This document shows positions 60,248-64,000 of a stretch of 64,000 bases of DNA, piece by piece. Position 1 is the stretch's first letter, and every line of letters begins with the position of its first letter. The notes under the pieces are model-generated. The model did not search any database and was not told the origin of the DNA. It saw nothing but the letters and a program-made list of their open reading frames with translations. A program made the position numbers and the translations under genes. The stretch comes from an uncultured Chloroflexia bacterium. GTDB lineage: Bacteria; Chloroflexota; Limnocylindria; Limnocylindrales; CSP1-4. The DNA lies in the NCBI GenBank assembly GCA_963833535.1, contig CAWHYC010000008.1, forward strand, positions 457,738 to 521,737, given 5' to 3'.

Positions 60248-60907
60248 TCGGCGGATCCCAGGATCCGCCAGCCGCGCTCGCGCGCCGCACGTTCCAGCGC
60301 GGCGTCGGGATAGACGGCGACCGCGGTCGTGGCCAGGGCGAGCATCGGGATGTCGGCCGCCGTGTCGCCATAGGCGGTATCGATGGTCGCGCCGGCGACC
60401 ACGGCCGCCAGCCTGGCGACCTTCTCGTCGCCCGTGCCCAGGGCGCCCGCGAAGCCGCCCGTCGCTCGGTCGTCGGCGTCGTAGGCCAGGTCGGTGCCGA
60501 TGGCCTCTGCCCCCAGCCGTGCCGCGAAGCGCGACGCGATGGGGGTGTAGGTCCCGCTGGCGACGACGATGCGCGCGCCGTCGCGCGCGGGCCGCCTGCA
60601 GCTCGTCGAGCACGTCATCGCGGCGACCTGGCCACAGCTCCTGCTCGAAGACCCAGTCGGCCATGGCCTCGATCTGCTCGCGGGACATGCCGCGCAGCAA
60701 TGTGGTCAGGTCGTGCATCCAGCGCTCTCGGAACGCCTGCAGGTCGATGATCCCGCGTCGCGCCAGGAAGACCTGCGGCAGGCGCAGCCAGAAGAAGCGG
60801 CGGTATCGACCCCTATGTCCGTGTTCGGACAGGTAGCGCCCGACCCCACGCCAGGTCGAGCCGGCGGTCAGGGTGCCCTCGAGATCGGTGGCGACGACGC
60901 GTTCCAT
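60244..60907 (-). CDS. HAD-superfamily (subfamily IB-like) hydrolase (one frame break near 60590)
   Basis: MERVVATDLEGTLT (motif I variant DxE), then ARDGARIVVASGTYTPIA...GDEKV...AYGDTAADIPML (motifs III/IV) in the 60244..60618 frame. The shift lies in a GCGCGC run. Confidence 0.7.
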
Positions 60908-60991
60908 GGACCCGCGATGCTACGCGAGGTCACGGCTCGGCGCGCGTGCCCGCCGATCGGGCGTCGTCCCGTACGCTGGTCGCCGCGTGCC

Positions 60992-61474
60992 CTAAAGGTC
61001 GCGCACCAGGTAGACGACATCACCGTGCTCGTCCGTGGTGGTGTGATCCCTGCGGAACCCGATCTTCTCGAGCACCCGGAGTGACGCCGCGTTCCACGGC
61101 CGCACCGTCGACCAGAGCCGGTGGCGACCCGTCGCGGCGGCGGCAGCCACGAGAACTTGTGCCGCTTCCGTTGCATAGCCGCGTCCGTGGAATCGCCGTA
61201 GCAGCTCGTAGGCGACCTCCGGTTCGTCCAGGCTGCAACGCCCGACGACGAGGGCGCAGTAGCCGATGACGTCGCCTTCCGCGCGACGACAGATCGCGAG
61301 GGCGCCGATCCCGGTCTCGATGGTCAGGTCCCGGAATCGCGCGAGGCGCGCCGTCGCCTCCTCGAGCGTCGGCATGTCCTCCCCACGTTCGGCGATCAGC
61401 TCTCGGTACCAAGCTGCGTCGCGCTCGTCGCGAAGCCGGAGGGTCAGCCGCTCGGTCTCGATGGCCAGCGACAT
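60992..61474 (-). CDS. GNAT-family N-acetyltransferase (RimJ/RimL-like)
   Basis: Start at ATG 61474. IETERLTLR...RRFHGRGYATEAA...N.AS.RVLEKIGFR. Confidence 0.8.
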   Translation of the reverse strand: MSLAIETERLTLRLRDERDAAWYRELIAERGEDMPTLEEATARLARFRDLTIETGIGALAICRRAEGDVIGYCALVVGRCSLDEPEVAYELLRRFHGRGYATEAAQVLVAAAAATGRHRLWSTVRPWNAASLRVLEKIGFRRDHTTTDEHGDVVYLVRDL

Positions 61475-61538
61475 CGGTTTCCAGGTCACGGACACAAGGT
61501 ACAAGCCCATCAGGAATGGGCACGCGCAGGAACCCCCC

Positions 61539-61566
61539 TTGACAATCGCGCCGGGCGCGCTATTAT
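61539..61566 (+). promoter_or_regulatory. Near-consensus sigma-70 promoter (TTGACA - 16 nt - TATTAT) ending 8 nt before the ATG of the SDR gene
   Basis: TTGACA at 61539-61544 and TATTAT at 61561-61566. ATG at 61575 with no Shine-Dalgarno sequence, so a leaderless or 1-3-nt-leader transcript is expected. Confidence 0.55.
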
Positions 61567-61574
61567 CGCTACTG

Positions 61575-62543
61575 ATGAGTAGCACGTTTACAGACCCGGC
61601 CACCCCCGCGACGAACGGACGGGACGCTGTCACCGGCGCCTTCGGCTTCACGGGCAGAGCGATCACGACGTGGCTGATTGACGCCGGTCGCGAGGTCGTG
61701 ACGCTCAGCCGGCGCTCCGGACACGGCGATCCGCTGGCACGCAGGATCACGGTCAAGCCGCTCGACTTCACGCGGCCGGATCAGCTCGCGGAGGCGCTGA
61801 CCGGCGTCGAGACGCTCTACAACACGTACTGGCTGCGCTTCCCGCGCGGCGCGATGACCTATGACCGGGCGGTCGAGCAGTCGGTGGTCCTGCTCGACGC
61901 AGCCAGGCAGGCCGGGGTCTCGCGGATCGTACACGTCAGCGTCGTCAACGCCTCGATCGGCGGGCCGACGCCGTATGTGCGCGCCAAGGGCCAGCTCGAG
62001 CGGAACGTCCTCGCCTGCGGCATCCCGGCCACCATCGTCCGACCGACCCTGACGTACGGGCCATCGGACATCCTGGTCAACAACCTGGCCTGGGCGCTGC
62101 GACGGCTGCCGATCTACGGCATCCCCGGCGATGGTCGCTACCCGATCCAGCCGGTCCACGTCGACGATGTCGCGCGCATCTGCCTCGATGCCGCCCACGC
62201 CGAGCCCGGATCGATCGTCGACGCGAGCGGCCCCGACACGCTGACGTACCGCGAGATGGTCGAGATCGTGAAGTCGGCATGTGGCAGCCGAGCGAGGGTC
62301 CAACCCATGCCACGGACGGTCGTCCTGCTGGCCGCGCGACTGCTCGGGGTCCTGCTTCGTGACGTGGTGCTGACGGCGGACGAGATCCTCGAGCTGTCGA
62401 GCGGATTCCTGTCCTCGCCTGCCGAGCCGCTCGGCCGGATCTCCTTCGCCACCTGGGTCGAAGCCAACGCGAGCTCGCTCGGGCGGCGCTGGTCGAGCGA
62501 GCTGAGCCGCAACTATCGTGGCGCCGGTCGGCCGCTCATCTGA
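61575..62543 (+). CDS. NAD(P)-binding SDR-family protein (NmrA/epimerase-like)
   Basis: ATG 61575. Rossmann motif AVTGAFGFTGRAI, ...YVRAKG..E (YxxxK-like). About 322 aa. Confidence 0.8.
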   Translation: MSSTFTDPATPATNGRDAVTGAFGFTGRAITTWLIDAGREVVTLSRRSGHGDPLARRITVKPLDFTRPDQLAEALTGVETLYNTYWLRFPRGAMTYDRAVEQSVVLLDAARQAGVSRIVHVSVVNASIGGPTPYVRAKGQLERNVLACGIPATIVRPTLTYGPSDILVNNLAWALRRLPIYGIPGDGRYPIQPVHVDDVARICLDAAHAEPGSIVDASGPDTLTYREMVEIVKSACGSRARVQPMPRTVVLLAARLLGVLLRDVVLTADEILELSSGFLSSPAEPLGRISFATWVEANASSLGRRWSSELSRNYRGAGRPLI

Positions 62544-62621
62544 GCGGGTTTGGAGAAGCCATCGTGGCGGCGACTGAGTAGCATCGGGTCGTCCCCATCA
62601 GACGTTCGAGGAGCAACCGAC

Positions 62622-63080
62622 ATGAAAGACACGAAGACGTCCGCCAAGGGCACCACCTCGACCGAGATCTGGTCGGACGAGGAAAAAGGCGCGATGAAGG
62701 CGCACGCCAAGGAGATGAAGGCGGCCGCTCGCAGGGGTGAGGACAGGGCGGCCGGGCTAGCCGACGTGCTGGCGAAGATCGCCGAGATGCCGGAATCGGA
62801 TCGCATCATCGCCGAGCGGCTGCACGCCCTCATCATCGCCACCGCGCCGGAGCTGGATCCAAAGACCTGGTATGGGATGCCTGCCTATGCCAAGGACGGC
62901 AAGCTCATCTGCTTCTTCAAGGCCGCCGACAAGTTCAAGTCGCGGTATGCCACGTTCGGCTTCGAAGAGAACGCGAAGGTCGATGACGGCACGATGTGGC
63001 CGACCTCGTGGGGGCTGACGAAGCTGACCGATGCCGACGCAGCGAAGATCGCTGCGCTGGTGAAGAAGGCCGTGAGTTGA
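62622..63080 (+). CDS. DUF1801 (YdhG-like) domain protein
   Basis: ATG 62622 after GAGGAG. ...[32 protein letters not shown]... resembles DUF1801. Confidence 0.65.
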   Translation: MKDTKTSAKGTTSTEIWSDEEKGAMKAHAKEMKAAARRGEDRAAGLADVLAKIAEMPESDRIIAERLHALIIATAPELDPKTWYGMPAYAKDGKLICFFKAADKFKSRYATFGFEENAKVDDGTMWPTSWGLTKLTDADAAKIAALVKKAVS

Positions 63081-63310
63081 GCGCCGCGCTCGCCGTGGAG
63101 ACGGCCCGGGCGGTGAGCTGAGGACCGAACTCGCCACATAAGCCGCCTCAGGGTGGAGTGGCCCGCCTGGCTCGGCGCGGCCATGATCGGCCGGACCTCC
63201 TGGTCGAGCCGTGTACACTGCGCGCGCGCCTGTCCCGTGCTGGCAGGCAACGAACGAGGATCTGGATGACGGACTTCTGGACAGCGGCGCGCCCGCAGGG
63301 GCGCGCATAG

Positions 63311-63676
63311 ATGCGCAAGCGCAAGGTCATCTACCCCCCCGCCAAGACCGCTACGCGGCGCCAAACCCCACCCGGCCTGGTCGGCGGTGAGCCGATCCGG
63401 GTCCGCGAGAGCCTCGTGAGCATCGACACCAACGCCCTCAACGGACGGGCCGGCCTGAAGGTCGGCGACAAGGTCCGCATCGGGGGCTCCGGGCTCTACG
63501 CCGGTGAGGCCGCGGTCGTCGAGCGACTCGCCACCAGCGCCATCCCATCGGCCTTCGTGCGCACCGAGTCCGGCCGCACGCGCCAAGTCCGCCAGGTCGA
63601 CCTCGAGCCGATCCGGGCCGAGGCAGCCAGGCCCGACGCCCGACCTGCCGAGCCAGAGGCCCAGCCGACCGCCTAG
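63311..63676 (+). CDS. Hypothetical 121-aa protein
   Basis: ORF with neighbour-like codon usage. Basic N-terminus and Pro/Ala/Glu-rich C-terminus. I recognise no family. Confidence 0.4.
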   Translation: MRKRKVIYPPAKTATRRQTPPGLVGGEPIRVRESLVSIDTNALNGRAGLKVGDKVRIGGSGLYAGEAAVVERLATSAIPSAFVRTESGRTRQVRQVDLEPIRAEAARPDARPAEPEAQPTA

Positions 63677-63831
63677 GTCGTCGCAGCCTGCCGCTTCAAC
63701 GGCCCCGACGGGCCGAAGGTCCTTCGCCACGAACCGGACATCGATGTCGATTCCGGTCGTCGTGGTTCGTCGTCCTGGTACACCGGCGAACGAGCCCGGC
63801 ATATCGGTGATGGCAACAGGAGGATCCGGCC

Positions 63832-64000
63832 ATGGCAGCAGCCCACGTCATCCACGTCGAGGTCACGGGCAAGGACGGCACCGCACTGCAGTCCTTCTAC
63901 AGCAAGGTCTTCGGCTGGGACATCGACACCAACAACCCCGGCGGCTACGGCATGTTCCGTGAGGCGGACGGCGGCATCACGAGCGGCATCGGTGCCGCCC
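63832..64000 (+). CDS. VOC/glyoxalase-family protein, N-terminal fragment (continues past window)
   Basis: ATG 63832 after AGGAGG. VIHVEVTGKDGTALQSFYSKVFGWDI is the typical first beta-alpha-beta-beta-beta module of VOC proteins. Confidence 0.65.
   Translation, partial: MAAAHVIHVEVTGKDGTALQSFYSKVFGWDIDTNNPGGYGMFREADGGITSGIGAA

Noticed and set aside
59189-60907. The 572-aa ORF, which looks like a HAD-ABC ATPase fusion protein.
   Set aside because: The HAD C-terminal half is read out of frame in this ORF; its true continuation is 60244..60618. The HAD stop overlaps a GTG (GTGA at 60244-60247) that starts a normal-length ABC ATPase. These are two genes plus one indel, not a fusion.
63081-63265. 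A 28-codon ORF (ATG at about 63183, MIGRTSWSSRVHCARACPVLAGNERGSG*) or a structured RNA in the DUF1801-downstream gap.
   Set aside because: It is short, has no ribosome-binding site, and has no recognisable family or covarying structure. It is indistinguishable from chance.

Overview
This is a roughly 70% GC bacterial chromosome segment that is almost entirely housekeeping. The gene order looks like a high-GC Terrabacteria lineage (Actinomycetota- or Chloroflexota-like); I cannot name the organism from sequence alone.

Layout:
- 1-20.8 kb: the str/S10/spc/alpha ribosomal-protein superoperon. It runs from the rpsG tail through fusA, tuf, rpsJ...rplO, secY, adk, map, infA, rpmJ, rpsM-K-D, rpoA and rplQ to truA, rplM and rpsI.
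- 20.9-42.8 kb: one long plus-strand block with frequent ATGA/GTGA start-stop overlaps. It holds argF, a TPR protein, cdaA-cdaR-glmM, glmS, acpS, nnrD and alr, then four poorly characterised genes, then tsaE-tsaB-rimI-tsaD, rsmA, ispE, ridA, glmU and a CBS/CorC protein.
- 42.9-64 kb: mixed-strand genes. These are a META lipoprotein, a polyprenyl synthase, recO, glyQS, a GT87-like membrane protein, an HTH-nuclease fusion, FNR, an S9 peptidase, ppdK, DUF2252, an ABC-2 exporter pair, HAD, GNAT, an SDR, DUF1801 and VOC.

I recognised no rRNA, tRNA, CRISPR array, transposase or integrase.

The most striking sequence-level feature is a large number of reading-frame breaks in essential genes. About 25 fall in the 4.1 kb from rplV to rplF, with a second cluster in DUF2252 and single breaks in glmM, truA, ppdK and others. 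Where I could pin them down they sit in homopolymer or GC-dinucleotide runs. I read this as consensus/assembly indel error, not biology.

I found no convincing new system. The best candidate for follow-up is a four-gene, translationally coupled insert between alr and tsaE. It encodes a macro domain protein, a 97-aa protein, a 542-aa protein resembling a degenerate GlmL/MutL-type actin-fold ATPase, and a 345-aa unknown. Secondary observations are an HTH plus PD-(D/E)xK fusion gene, recurrent extended -10 elements that imply leaderless mRNAs, and long low-complexity tails on ribosomal proteins L15 and S17.
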